Shown: positions 1 to 11,200, numbered from the stretch's first letter. The stretch: DNA of 64,000 bases from a virus (IMGVR_UViG_3300013426_000018:109970-173969), one strand, 5' to 3'. Translations and numbers: made by a program. The notes: generated by a model not told the origin, from the sequence alone.

Positions 1-1
1 T

Positions 2-220
2 CCTTTAAAGGATTTTCCTTTACAAAAGCGTGCGGGAAAGGGCATTAAAATTGGGGAAGTAGCTGATATGACTCTTGTCGCACCAAGTGATACTTTACTA
101 GTCTCTGGGCAAAAGAAGAACATTTGTATTGCCGCAAGTGATATTCCTGTTTTAGGCCGATTGGCACAAGGTAATCAAATTATTAAAGGTGACAGAGTTA
201 TTTCTGTGAGTAAAATTTAA
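2..220 (+). CDS. gyrA: DNA gyrase/topoisomerase IV subunit A, C-terminal end (5' truncated)
   Basis: Frame 2 reads PLQKRAGKG...DIPVLGRLAQG, matching GyrA-box/beta-pinwheel repeats; ends TAA at 220. Confidence 0.75.
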   Translation, partial: PLKDFPLQKRAGKGIKIGEVADMTLVAPSDTLLVSGQKKNICIAASDIPVLGRLAQGNQIIKGDRVISVSKI

Positions 221-252
221 GGGGCTGAAATGCCCCTTAAAAGGAGTTATAT

Positions 253-2220
253 ATGGTAAAAAATATTGACCTTTTAATTAAACAAAATGAAATCCGTAAA
301 AGAATTGATATTTTAAAAAGATATTGTAAGCTTTATGAAGAAGGTAGGCCAGCAATTTCTGATAGTGCTTACGATAGACTTTATTTTGAGCTTAAACAAA
401 TTGAAGAAGACACTGGAATTATTTATCCTGATTCCCCTACACAGTCTATCTCTTATGATATTGTAAATAGCTTAACTAAAGTCGAACATAATCATCCTAT
501 GCTCTCTCTTGATAAGACAAAAGATTTTGAAGAAGTAAAGAAATATTTTGGAGATTTTGTGGTTGTTGCCATGTGCAAAATGGATGGTCTTACTTGCTCT
601 CTTACATATCAAGATGGAGAATTGATTCGTGCCGAAACTCGCGGCGATAGCAAAGTGGGAGAAGATATTACTCATAACGCACGAGTGATTCCTTCTATTC
701 CCAAAAAGGTTCCTATTAAAGGGGAGCTTATTGTAGATGGAGAGATAATTTCTACAAAAGAAAATTTTAAGAGATTTGAGGACACTTATAAAAATCCTCG
801 CAACTTTGCTTCTGGAAGTATTCGTCTTTTAAATTCTAATGAGTGTGCTAATAGAGGTTTAACTTTCGTAGCTTGGGATGAAATTACTGCAAGATATGAT
901 GATAACCATGAATATTATTTCCATGAGAAACTAGATCATCTTTCTTCTCTTGGATTCACAGTAGTTCCTAATTATGTGCGGCCAGACGTAAATGAAGATG
1001 TCATTGAACTTTTAAAGAAAAACGCAGAAGAACTAAGTTATCCTATTGATGGCCTTGTTTTTAAATTTGATGATGTTGGATACGGCAACTCTTTGGGGGC
1101 AACAAGTCACCATTTGAATTCTGCTTATGCATTTAAGTTTTACGATGAAGCTCTTCCTACGACACTACGAGATATTGAGTGGAGCCTGGGGAGGACTGGT
1201 CGGATTACCCCCATTGCCATTTTTGAGGATATAGATTTTTCTGATTCTGTTGTTAATAGAGCGAGTCTTCATAATCTCAGTATTATCGAAAATCTTTTTG
1301 GTCCAGAAGGCCCACATAAAGGGCAAACTATTTATATTTCAAAACGAAACATGATTATTCCAACAGTTGAAGAAGTCGATGAAGCTCCAGAAGAAGCAGA
1401 AAGATTAGAGATTCCTACTATTTGCCCTTGTTGTGGTAAGCCAGTAGTAAAGAAAACTGATTATGAATCTACTTTCTTAATGTGTAACAACCCTGATTGT
1501 CAAGGACAAGTTATTAATAAAATTGAACATTTTGCAAGTAAAAAAGGACTTGATATAAAGGGACTTTCTAAAGCAACTCTTGAGAAGCTAATTGATTGGG
1601 GCTGGGTAAATAATTGCGGTGACTTGTTTACTTTACAAGGCCACAGAGATGAATGGACTAAGAAAAGCGGTTTTGGAGCTGCCTCGGTTGATAAAGTATT
1701 AAATGCAATTAATATTGGTGCAACTTGTGGATTAGATAAATTTATTTGTGCTCTTGGAATTCCATTAATTGGATCAACTGCTTCTAAAGCATTGGCAAAA
1801 GAATTTCGCACTTGGAATAATTTTATTAATGCAGTTGAGAATAAATATAAATTTTATCAAATTAATGGATTTGGTAGAGAAATGTCTAACGCTATTAACA
1901 CATTTGATTTTACTGAAGCAAAGTATATTGCTCATAATTTTATGACTTTTGGAGATGAAGAAGCGGTAGCGACCTCCACAAATAGTAATATCACAGGTAA
2001 GACTTTTGTTATTACGGGTAAGCTTCAAACTATGAATAGAGATGCTTTAAAAGAAAAAATTGAAAAATTGGGTGGAAAAGTCACTAGTTCTGTTACCTCT
2101 AAAACAGATTATCTCATTAACAATGATAAAGAATCTACTAGTAGTAAAAATTTGAATGCCCAAAAGTTGGGTGTACCAATTCTGTCAGAAAAAGAATTTT
2201 TAAAATTTTTTGAGATTTAA
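253..2220 (+). CDS. ligA: NAD-dependent DNA ligase
   Basis: HPMLSLDK, KMDG adenylation motif, NPRNFASGS, Cys4 Zn finger, HhH and BRCT (FVITG); no TAG codons. Confidence 0.97.
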   Translation: MVKNIDLLIKQNEIRKRIDILKRYCKLYEEGRPAISDSAYDRLYFELKQIEEDTGIIYPDSPTQSISYDIVNSLTKVEHNHPMLSLDKTKDFEEVKKYFGDFVVVAMCKMDGLTCSLTYQDGELIRAETRGDSKVGEDITHNARVIPSIPKKVPIKGELIVDGEIISTKENFKRFEDTYKNPRNFASGSIRLLNSNECANRGLTFVAWDEITARYDDNHEYYFHEKLDHLSSLGFTVVPNYVRPDVNEDVIELLKKNAEELSYPIDGLVFKFDDVGYGNSLGATSHHLNSAYAFKFYDEALPTTLRDIEWSLGRTGRITPIAIFEDIDFSDSVVNRASLHNLSIIENLFGPEGPHKGQTIYISKRNMIIPTVEEVDEAPEEAERLEIPTICPCCGKPVVKKTDYESTFLMCNNPDCQGQVINKIEHFASKKGLDIKGLSKATLEKLIDWGWVNNCGDLFTLQGHRDEWTKKSGFGAASVDKVLNAINIGATCGLDKFICALGIPLIGSTASKALAKEFRTWNNFINAVENKYKFYQINGFGREMSNAINTFDFTEAKYIAHNFMTFGDEEAVATSTNSNITGKTFVITGKLQTMNRDALKEKIEKLGGKVTSSVTSKTDYLINNDKESTSSKNLNAQKLGVPILSEKEFLKFFEI

Positions 2221-2238
2221 AAAAATTTTTGGTATAAT
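2210..2238 (+). promoter_or_regulatory. sigmaA-type promoter with extended -10
   Basis: TTGAGA-N17-TATAAT preceded by TGG; same architecture recurs six times. Confidence 0.8.
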
Positions 2239-2271
2239 AAGTATGTAATCAATGAGAAGGAAAAATTTCAA

Positions 2272-2469
2272 ATGAAGAAAAAAGAAATTAAAAACTTAGC
2301 ACAAAAAATTGCTAAGTATGAAAGAATTATTCAAACAAGCGATGACAAGAAAGCTATTGCTCAAGCCGAAGAAGAAATTATGAAAGTATCAAGCAGCGTA
2401 CATAGTCTGGAAGATATGATGGCTATTGACGAGTTAGTTCTTGAATTACTTAATGAAGAAAATTCTTGA
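2272..2469 (+). CDS. hypothetical small helical protein
   Basis: 65-aa ORF with AAGGA RBS, downstream of promoter. Confidence 0.75.
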   Translation: MKKKEIKNLAQKIAKYERIIQTSDDKKAIAQAEEEIMKVSSSVHSLEDMMAIDELVLELLNEENS

Positions 2470-2494
2470 AAATGAGAAATTTTTTTGGTATAAT
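2466..2494 (+). promoter_or_regulatory. sigmaA-type promoter with extended -10
   Basis: TTGAAA-N17-(TGG)TATAAT. Confidence 0.8.
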
Positions 2495-2560
2495 CTTAGT
2501 GTAATTAATAAGAGATTACAAATTAAAAATTATTTATGATTAAAAGGAGAAAAAATTATT

Positions 2561-2827
2561 ATGGCTATTTCTGTTAAGACTATTAATGTTCTGAATTTTC
2601 TAAAGGCTCACACTGGTGAGAATCTGACTGCGTAGGATGTTGCTGATGCTCTGAACATCGATGTGAAGGTTGTTAATGGTACTTTCACTTCCGGCATTCA
2701 GAAGAAGGGCTATGGCAAGCGTATTGAAGCCGAGGTTGAGCTGGATGATGGAACTCACCGTAAGGTGAAGTTTTTGACTCTGAGTCCCGAGGGCATTGCC
2801 TTTGACCCCACTGTGGATGCTGAGTAA
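2561..2827 (+). CDS. small winged-helix/HTH DNA-binding protein (1 TAG=Gln)
   Basis: AAGGAG RBS; MAISVKTINVLNFLKAHTGENLTAQDVADALNIDVKVV HTH pattern; followed by terminator. Confidence 0.75.
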
Positions 2828-2843
2828 TTTATATAGATAATTT

Positions 2844-2880
2844 ATAAGGTAGAGAGAGTTAATTCTCTCTACCTTATTTT
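2844..2880 (+). terminator. intrinsic terminator
   Basis: ATAAGGTAGAGAGA / TCTCTCTACCTTAT inverted repeat followed by T run. Confidence 0.8.
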
Positions 2881-2896
2881 AATAATAGGAGGAATC

Positions 2897-3880
2897 ATGA
2901 TTACATATATTCTTTTATCTTTGCCTATTATTATTTTAATTGTTCTTACTTTTATTTAGTCAAAAGCAATAGTTAAATATAAAAAAATGGCTTCTGAAGA
3001 AGAACGAGAAATTCATCAACGTATTCAAGAATAGTATAAAGATGAAATTGAATCTTACTAGTAGAGAATTAAAAATTTAAAAATCCAATAGAAGCAAGAA
3101 GTTGATTCATTAGATAATATTAATTAGCATATAGAAGAATCAAGGGCAACCGCAAATCGAAATGCTGAACAATATTACAATTAGTGTCTAGCTACAGTAG
3201 AAGAATAGATTAAATTAAAGCATGAGCAATTACTTCAAAATTATCAGAAAGTAAAAGAAATTCTTGATAAAGAATATGAGTAGAATAAAGTTCTAAAACA
3301 ACAAGAATTAGAATAGTTTGTTCAGCAGTGTGATAATCAAATAAATATCGCTCAAGCTTCATTAGATGAAGTCCAAAAAAAAGTAGACAGTACTACTGAA
3401 GTCGCTAGAAGGGCAGAAGCTGAATAGAATCAAAAAGATTTTTATCGGATTCAATTAAGTGCGGAAGATATTGAAGAAATTCAAAAAATTCGTTCTATTG
3501 AACCTTTTTTGCGTAATAAAGAGCCTTTAAATAAAATAATTTGGAAATATTATTATGAGAAGCCTGTTAATGAAATGATTGGCCGAGTTATTGGTCCAGG
3601 CATTCGTATTGGAATATATAAAATTACAAATATAGAAAATGGTAAATGCTATATAGGGCAAAGTACAAATCTATCAGACAGATGGAAGCAACATGTAAAA
3701 AAAGGCATCGGGGCAGATGGTTTAACAAGAAACAAGCTCTATCCAGCTATGCTAGCTATTGGCCCTGAAAATTTTACATTTGAAATTATCGAAGAATGTA
3801 AAAAAGAACAACTAGACGAACGAGAAGACTATTATCAACAATTTTTTCATGCCATTGATTATGGCTATAGTATAAAGTAA
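2897..3880 (+). CDS. membrane-anchored coiled-coil protein with C-terminal GIY-YIG nuclease (11 TAG=Gln)
   Basis: AGGAGG RBS; N-terminal hydrophobic helix; Q/E/K-rich coiled coil in frame with track ORF 3509..3880 (GIYKIT...YIGQS...RW..H). Confidence 0.85.
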
Positions 3881-3891
3881 AGGATGTTTAT

Positions 3892-4170
3892 ATGATTCAA
3901 CAAATTATTGGGAAGCGCAGTAGCGGCAAAACCTCTTAGCTTATGCTTTTGGCTAAAGAAAAGAATGCCAATTATGCTTGTATGAATCCTTATGCTATGA
4001 GAGAAAAAGCATTAGCATATGGTCTTACTGGAATTAATTTTATTAGTTTTAGTGATTTATTTACAGGTAACTATATAGATTAGCCAGTAGTAATTGATGA
4101 ACTTGAGATGTTCGTTAAACGTTATACTGATTGTAATTTAATTGGTTATACTCTGACCGAAGGGAATTAA
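3892..4170 (+). CDS. small P-loop-like hypothetical protein (2 TAG=Gln)
   Basis: GKRSSGKT Walker-A-like and VVIDE Walker-B-like motifs in 92 aa. Confidence 0.65.
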
Positions 4171-5018
4171 ATGAGGACTGAAGCTGATTATTATTTATAT
4201 GAAAATATTGATAAGATAGAAGAAAGCGGATATGTTGATGTTAATCCCCGTCCTAGATATGCAGATGGGACTCCTGCATATACCAAATCTATAAATCATC
4301 AGTATCGCACTTATGATTTATCTACTGGAGATTTTCCAATTTCTACTTTGCGACCAATAGCATGGAAAACTGCAATTAAGGAAATTCTTTGGATTTATCA
4401 AGATGCTAGCAATAGTTTAGATTTGCTTCATAATAAATATGGCGTTTACTATTGGGATGAATGGCCTAGTAAAGATGCGCCTGGAACTATTGGAGCCCGC
4501 TATGGCGAAGTTGTGCGACGGTATAATTTAATGGGCAATTTACTTCAAGACATTAAAAAAGATCCCTATGGACGTCGGCACATTATAGATCTTTGGCAAT
4601 ACAAAGAATTAAATGAAACAGATGGTCTTTATCCTTGTGCTTTTCTCACTGATTGGAATGTGCGAGGTGAGTACCTTGATATGCTTCTTTTTCAGCGTAG
4701 TGGAGATATGTTAATGGCTTCTGGAGCCGGAGGAGTTAATGAAGTTCAATATGCGGCTTTGTTAATGATGGTGGCTCGTCATTGTGGTTATAAACCTGGT
4801 AAATTTACTCATATTATTTGTAATGAATAGATTTACGACAAACATTGGGAAGCAGCTCATGAACTTCAAAGGCGTTTTGAAGAAGCTGTGCCTAATAAAG
4901 GTTCTGTGCATTTGATTCTTAATCCAAAGAAAACTAATTTTTATGATTTTACAATTGATGATTTTGCTATTGAAAATTATAATCCTGTTAAGCCACAATT
5001 AAACTTGGAGATTGCTAT

Positions 5019-5022
<4 letters not shown>
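4171..5022 (+). CDS. thyA: thymidylate synthase
   Basis: GRRH, LYPC, QRSGD motifs; TAG read-through gives NEQIY and the normal C-terminus (DDF...EIAI). Confidence 0.95.
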
Positions 5023-5494
<472 letters not shown>

Positions 5495-5498
<4 letters not shown>

Positions 5499-5523
5499 TT
5501 TTATAAAAATTTTATGGTATAAT
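5495..5523 (+). promoter_or_regulatory. sigmaA-type promoter with extended -10
   Basis: TTGATT-N17-(TGG)TATAAT. Confidence 0.8.
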
Positions 5524-5561
5524 ATTTATATAAAGTAAGAAAGTGAGAAATAGTAAATAAA

Positions 5562-5927
5562 ATGAGAATGACTAAAAAGCAAGAATTTATCAATTTTGTT
5601 AGTTCTCTTATGGAAAAATGCCCAAATGAAAAAATGAACGAAGATGCTTCTCTTTATTGGGAAGGGTTTTGTAGTTCTAAAGATTCTAGCGATAAGCCTT
5701 TGCTAAGTGATAATGGAAAAATCATTCTTGAATTTCTTCAGAATCAAACCGAAAAAAGGACTTGGACTAGTAAGGCTCTTGGTGAAGGAATTGGTATTTC
5801 TTCTCGTTCAGTTTCGGGTTCTATGCGGAAACTTGTTGACGCAGGTTTTGTTGAGAAATGTGGGGCTGACCCTATTGCTTATGTAATTACGGATGAAGGA
5901 ATTAATTTTAATTTAGAAACAATTTAA
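5562..5927 (+). CDS. winged-helix DNA-binding protein
   Basis: TSKALGEGIGISSRSVSGSMRKLVDAGFVEK...YVITDEG wHTH pattern. Confidence 0.8.
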   Translation: MRMTKKQEFINFVSSLMEKCPNEKMNEDASLYWEGFCSSKDSSDKPLLSDNGKIILEFLQNQTEKRTWTSKALGEGIGISSRSVSGSMRKLVDAGFVEKCGADPIAYVITDEGINFNLETI

Positions 5928-5990
5928 AGATTTTGGACAAAATTAGACATTTTCATCAAATGAAAGTTAATAAACATTGAGGTGATAAAA

Positions 5991-6872
5991 GTGTCTTGTG
6001 GTATTTATAAATTTGAAAATTTAATTAATCATAAAATATATATAGGTTAGTCTGTTGAATTGGAAGAGCAGTATTATAGACATAGATACCATTATGAAAA
6101 GAAAGATATTGATAAACGTCTTTATCAAGCTTTTTGGAAATATGGGTGGGATAAATTTTCTTATGAAATAATTGAATATTGTTCTCCTGAAGAATTGGAT
6201 GAAAAAGAAATTTATTACATTTAGCTCTATGACAGTTATAATAATGGATATAATGCTACTAAGGGAGGTAAAGGCGGGGCTAATCACCCGTCTAAATCCG
6301 TACAGTAGTTTGATTTAGATGGAAACTTTATAAAAGAATTCTCATCAATGTCCTTAGCTGCGGAAGAAGTTGGAATTAGTCCTAATATTTTAACAAAGTG
6401 TTGCCAAGGAAAAACAGACCATTGTGGATTATATCAATGGAAATATAGCAATGATGATAGTCGTATCATAAAGTAGCTTTCTAATAAAGAAGTTTCTTTA
6501 TATGAAAGAAAAATTCTATAGTATGATTTAAAAAAGAATTTATTAAATACTTATAATTCAATGGATGAAGCGGCTGAATAGACAAATGTTGCGAAATCCA
6601 GTATATGTAATGTTTGCAAAGGAAGAAAAAATACTGCTGGGGGATATGTGTGGCGTTATTTTGATGACCCACTAACTGAGTAGGACCGTGTTAAAACAAA
6701 AGAAAAAAAGGTTTTACAATTTGACAAATTAGGGAACCTGATACAAGAGTTTCCTAGCTTATCTAATGCTTCAAAAGAAACTGGAGTATGCCTAGCTGCA
6801 ATAGGACTTAATTGTCAGCAAAAAAGAAAATCAGCTGGTGGATATGTATGGAAATATAGAGATAATATTTAA
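5991..6872 (+). CDS. free-standing GIY-YIG homing-endonuclease-like protein with three NUMOD1-like repeats (7 TAG=Gln)
   Basis: GAGGTG RBS, GTG start; GIYKF...YIG(TAG=Q)S; repeats of Q(F/Y)D..G..I.EF.S...AA...C.G....AGGYVW. Confidence 0.85.
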
Positions 6873-6898
6873 TATAATAACAAGGAGATAATTTTAAT

Positions 6899-7855
6899 AT
6901 GCAACGTATGAAGAACTCTATAGAGTTATTTGGAAGAATTTATGAACATGATTTAAAGAAGGCTGTTACGGGTCTGAATTCTAAGAATCCAGGCACTGAA
7001 TATATTACAGGCACAGTTAGTATCGCAACTGATGACGATTGTTTTAATGTAGTTCCTGTTCATTACACTTTTGTGACAGCGGCAACTAAAAGTGGTAAGC
7101 CTAATCCTACTTTTGCTGTCCTATCCAATATCATTGATGGTGTTTATGGCACTGTAATGAAGACTAGTAAGGATGATGCGGCATTTGCTCGTATTGATAC
7201 CCAAATTGGTCTGAATGAATTTTATACTGATCGTTCTGGCGAAACTACTCTAGTAAGTGCCAAGCGAGCTGAAGGCGGTTTTATTCATATCCAGGGGAAG
7301 AATGAAGAGCCTCCTAAGATTACTAATAAATTCACTTGCGACATGCTTATTACTAACGTGCGTCATATTGATGCAGATGAAGAGAGAGGTCTTCCTGAAA
7401 AGGCTATCGTTAAGGGGGCTATTTTTAATGATTATAACAAGACTTTAATGCCTGTTGAATTTACTGCAGCTCACCCCGATGCTATTGGTTATTTTGAAGG
7501 CCTTGATGCTACTGGTAAAAATCCTACTTTCACTCAAGTTTGGGGTAAGATTATTAATGAGACCATTGTCCGTACTATTACTGAAGAGAGTGCTTTTGGT
7601 GAAGCTTCCGTTCGTGAAATTAAGAGTAACCGCAGAGATTGGGTGTTGACTGGTGCTAAGCCTGAGCCTTATGATTTTAATACTGAAGGAACTCTTACTA
7701 CAGAGGAAGTTAATGAAGCTATTAAGACTCGTGAGATCTATCTTGCAACTCTAAAGAGTCGTAGTGATGAATATAAGGCTTCTCGTGCGGCAGCTACTAC
7801 ATCCAAGCCTACTACCAAGACAACCACTGTGGCTCCTGGGGATTTTGATTTTTAA
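6899..7855 (+). CDS. putative single-stranded DNA-binding protein
   Basis: OB-fold-like composition, flexible tail ending GDFDF, adjacent to Sak4-like ATPase; no TAG. Confidence 0.6.
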   Translation: MQRMKNSIELFGRIYEHDLKKAVTGLNSKNPGTEYITGTVSIATDDDCFNVVPVHYTFVTAATKSGKPNPTFAVLSNIIDGVYGTVMKTSKDDAAFARIDTQIGLNEFYTDRSGETTLVSAKRAEGGFIHIQGKNEEPPKITNKFTCDMLITNVRHIDADEERGLPEKAIVKGAIFNDYNKTLMPVEFTAAHPDAIGYFEGLDATGKNPTFTQVWGKIINETIVRTITEESAFGEASVREIKSNRRDWVLTGAKPEPYDFNTEGTLTTEEVNEAIKTREIYLATLKSRSDEYKASRAAATTSKPTTKTTTVAPGDFDF

Positions 7856-7910
7856 GAAAATTTAATTTTAATATAATATGATTTAATTTAATAAGGAGAA
7901 AAAGATTTAT

Positions 7911-10900
7911 ATGGCATTTGATTTATTAAATATTTAGCCCAATGTTGTTTCACGAGATCTCTCCGGATATATTACACTTTTATATGGCCCTCCTAAAATT
8001 GGTAAAACTACTTTTGGTAGTAAGATGCCTAAACCTCTTCTTTTGGCTGCAGAACGTGGATATTCGGCTATACCTGGTATTATGGCTGTTGACGTAACTT
8101 CTTGGGGTGAATAATATTGCCCTCTTTTTTGGAAACAAAAAAGTAATAAATAGAGTAAAAAACTGGAACCCTGAGATGGGAATCAGAGCGGAAGTCTTGA
8201 TTTAAAAGTCAAGACACGCACAACGCATAGAATAAATAAACTTTAAAAGTATTAGGAGGTTCAGTAAGATGCCTAAACTAAATTATCAAATGAAGAATTA
8301 AATAATATTTTAATAGATTATAATAATGGAATGTCTATGAGCGGTATTACTAAGAAATATCATCATGATAAAAATACTTTAAAAAAATATTTTATAGAAC
8401 ACAATATAAATATACATATTCGTAATAAATCTGAATCATTATCTTGTTCTCAAGAAAAGAAGAAATCTGATCTATTAAAGCGGTCTTATATGGTTAATGA
8501 TAATTATTTTTCTTCTCAAAATAATAAAATGGCTTATTTTTTAGGATTTATAATGGCAGATGGAAATGTCGCCAAAAATAGTAATAGAATACAAATTTGT
8601 TTAGCTGAAAAAGATTCTGAATTTTTAGAGCTATTTTATAAAGAAATTGGCGGCACCCCTGTTGCTCATTATTTTGCTAGAAAAGGTACTCAACCAATTT
8701 GTCGATGGGAATGCCTTAGCAGTAAAATTAAAAAAGATTTAAGTATTTATGGAATAATTCCTCATAAAACGGGATTTGCTAAAATTCCTAATACACTAAA
8801 AAAAGAATTTTATTCAGATTTTATACGAGGTTATTTTGATGGGGACGGTAGTATTTGGATTGAGGAAAATGGCGCCGCAGGTTTTGGTATCACAAGTCAT
8901 AATCCAGAAATATTACAACAAATTATTGATTATTTTGAAGAAAGAGATATTCCACCTGTTAAAATTAATATAGATAATAGAAGTAATATAAATTATAGTT
9001 TTAAATATAGAAAACAAGCTATTAAAAAGATTTATAAAATTTTATATTATGATAAAGAAATTTTTTATTTAAAACGAAAATTTGATAAATTTAATGAAAT
9101 CCTTTTAAAGAAATAAAATTCCACGAGACTCTACACCTAAAAAAATGGTGAAAAGATATGCTGAACTTATACAAAAAAGAAGTATAAGAAATAAGGATAA
9201 AAAGCCTTATGATAACACATTGGATATGAAGCAAATTATGCGTGAACTTAAAAAACCAGAAGTAAAAGAAATGTATAAAAGTATTATTATTGATACAGCA
9301 GATATACTTAGTGATTACTGTCAGAAATATATCTGTAATCAATTAGGTATTGAAAATATTGGAGACGGTGGCTGGACCATCAATGGCTGGGCAAAATATA
9401 AGAAAGAATTTGAAGATGTTTTTCGCACTCTTTCTCAGCTTGGGTAAATAAAATATAGAGGAGATTAGAAATGGACTTATTTCAGTTAGAAAGAATTACT
9501 TCTAATCGTATCAATTGGAAACCAGGACAAAAAGAAAAAATAGTAAAGCTTTATTCACAAGGAACTTCAATTAATCAATTAGGAAAAATGTTTAATGGAT
9601 TACATTATAATACAATTAAAAAAATTTTAATAGAATATAATATACCATTAAGAACTCGAGTGCAAAGTCATTATACAGACCATAGAAAAGAAGACATATT
9701 TAAAAAAATAAACAGCGAAGAAAAAGCTTATTGGTTAGGATTTTTAGCTGCTGATGGCTGTGTAGCTGGTAATTATATTAAAATTGGACTACAGGAAAAA
9801 GATGTGACTCACTTAGAAAAATTCAAACATTTTCTTCAAGCTGATTCTATTAAAATTTTAACTTTTACTAAACAAAATAAATATGAAATAGGAACTTATT
9901 GTTCTTTTTCTATTGGTTGCAAAGAAATGGCAAATGATTTAAAGGCTTTAGGTGTAGTAGAAAATAAATCATTAATTTTAAAGCCTCCTATCGGTTTAAT
10001 CCCAGAAAAATTTTATTTAGATTGGATTAGGGGTTATTTTGATGGAGATGGAGGTCTTTCATATTCTGAAAAAGATAATCGATGGCAAAGTTATGCTAAC
10101 TCTACCAAAGAAGTCTTGGAATGGATTGTTCAAATGCTAGAATTGAATACTAAGCCTTTTAATCAACAACATTATGGAAAAAAAGATAATGTTTGGAGAA
10201 TTCATTTTAATGGAAGAATTAATGTTTATAAAGCTTGGAATAAAATGTACCATAATGATACTGCTACTATTTTTTTAGATCGTAAACATGATAAATACTT
10301 ACAGCTTTGCTCAAGCTTTAAATAAAATGCGGTTAACTACTAGATGGTAGGTGTGACTTTAAGTTGCTAACGATGAAAATCTCTTAGAAGAGAAAACATC
10401 GTGCCAAGTCTGTTTTGTGAAAGACAGAAAGGTGTAACGACTAGAATATACGGTCTTTATAAAAATAAAGATTATGAAATTCGTAATTTATAAGCGAAAT
10501 TCTTATAGATGAAATGCCGCACCCTTTATAATAAAATATAAAGGTGAAGAGATAGTCTAAACTATATAGTGATATATAGAATAATTGATGCTATTGTATT
10601 TATCAGCCATGATAAGGAAAAAACTATTAAGCCTCAGAACGGTGCTGAATATCAGCAGATTGGTTCTTCAATGCAATCTTCAGCTCTTGCTATTCTTGAA
10701 AATATGAGCGATATTATTGCTTATGCCCACACTAAAGTTGATTCCGATGGCAACTCTGATAGAGTTTTAACTCTTCGTTCTCTTGATAATAGTGTACGTT
10801 GTGGGGGCCGTTTTAAATATATTAAGCCGGAAATTCCTTTTAGTTATGAAGCTCTTACTCAGGCTTTAAATGATGCTATTGACAAGGAAGCCGCCGAAAC

Positions 10901-11156
10901 TAATAATAAATTTGTTACCGATGAACGTATTGAAACTGCCACCCTTAAAACTTATGACTTTGATGCTCTTGCCGCAGAGTTCCAGGAGTTAGTTGGAAAG
11001 ATTATGACTAAGAATCAGTCTAACGCTCCTAAGATTAGTGCTATTGTAAGTAAATATCTTGGTAAGGGTAAGAAAGTTTCTGATGCTACTCCCGAGCAAG
11101 CAGAATTTATTTATCTTATCAATACTGAGCTTAAAGAAGATCTTTTAGATAAGTAA
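7911..11156 (+). CDS. Sak4-like AAA ATPase/ssDNA-annealing protein, spliced; exons 7911-8108, 9223-9445, 10588-11156 (329 aa)
   Basis: YGPPKIGKTT Walker A; splicing restores TSWG|DMKQ and QLG(Y)AIVFISH; IIIDTAD Walker B. Confidence 0.85.
8109..9222 (+). mobile_element. group I intron 1 (Sak4-like gene) with LAGLIDADG ORF
   Basis: 5' exon GGGGU pairs with GCCCU; P7 GCAUA/UAUGC; terminal G; removal restores frame. Confidence 0.88.
8331..9116 (+). CDS. LAGLIDADG homing endonuclease (intron 1)
   Basis: AYFLGFIMADG and FIRGYFDGDG; true start uncertain because the RBS-linked ATG at 8269 is out of frame. Confidence 0.88.
   Translation: MSMSGITKKYHHDKNTLKKYFIEHNINIHIRNKSESLSCSQEKKKSDLLKRSYMVNDNYFSSQNNKMAYFLGFIMADGNVAKNSNRIQICLAEKDSEFLELFYKEIGGTPVAHYFARKGTQPICRWECLSSKIKKDLSIYGIIPHKTGFAKIPNTLKKEFYSDFIRGYFDGDGSIWIEENGAAGFGITSHNPEILQQIIDYFEERDIPPVKINIDNRSNINYSFKYRKQAIKKIYKILYYDKEIFYLKRKFDKFNEILLKK
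9446..10587 (+). mobile_element. group I intron 2 (Sak4-like gene), LAGLIDADG ORF in P1 loop
   Basis: Exon CUUGGGU pairs with GCUCAAG at 10309-10315; core GCUAACG...CGUGC, P7 GACUA/UAGUC. Confidence 0.88.
9471..10325 (+). CDS. LAGLIDADG homing endonuclease (intron 2)
   Basis: GAGGAG RBS; AYWLGFLAADG and WIRGYFDGDG. Confidence 0.92.
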   Translation: MDLFQLERITSNRINWKPGQKEKIVKLYSQGTSINQLGKMFNGLHYNTIKKILIEYNIPLRTRVQSHYTDHRKEDIFKKINSEEKAYWLGFLAADGCVAGNYIKIGLQEKDVTHLEKFKHFLQADSIKILTFTKQNKYEIGTYCSFSIGCKEMANDLKALGVVENKSLILKPPIGLIPEKFYLDWIRGYFDGDGGLSYSEKDNRWQSYANSTKEVLEWIVQMLELNTKPFNQQHYGKKDNVWRIHFNGRINVYKAWNKMYHNDTATIFLDRKHDKYLQLCSSFK

Positions 11157-11163
11157 GATATAC

Positions 11164-11200
11164 AACCCCAAGATGAAATATTCTTGGGGTTGATTTTTTT
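11164..11200 (+). terminator. intrinsic terminator
   Basis: AACCCCAAGA / TCTTGGGGTT hairpin followed by T run. Confidence 0.75.
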
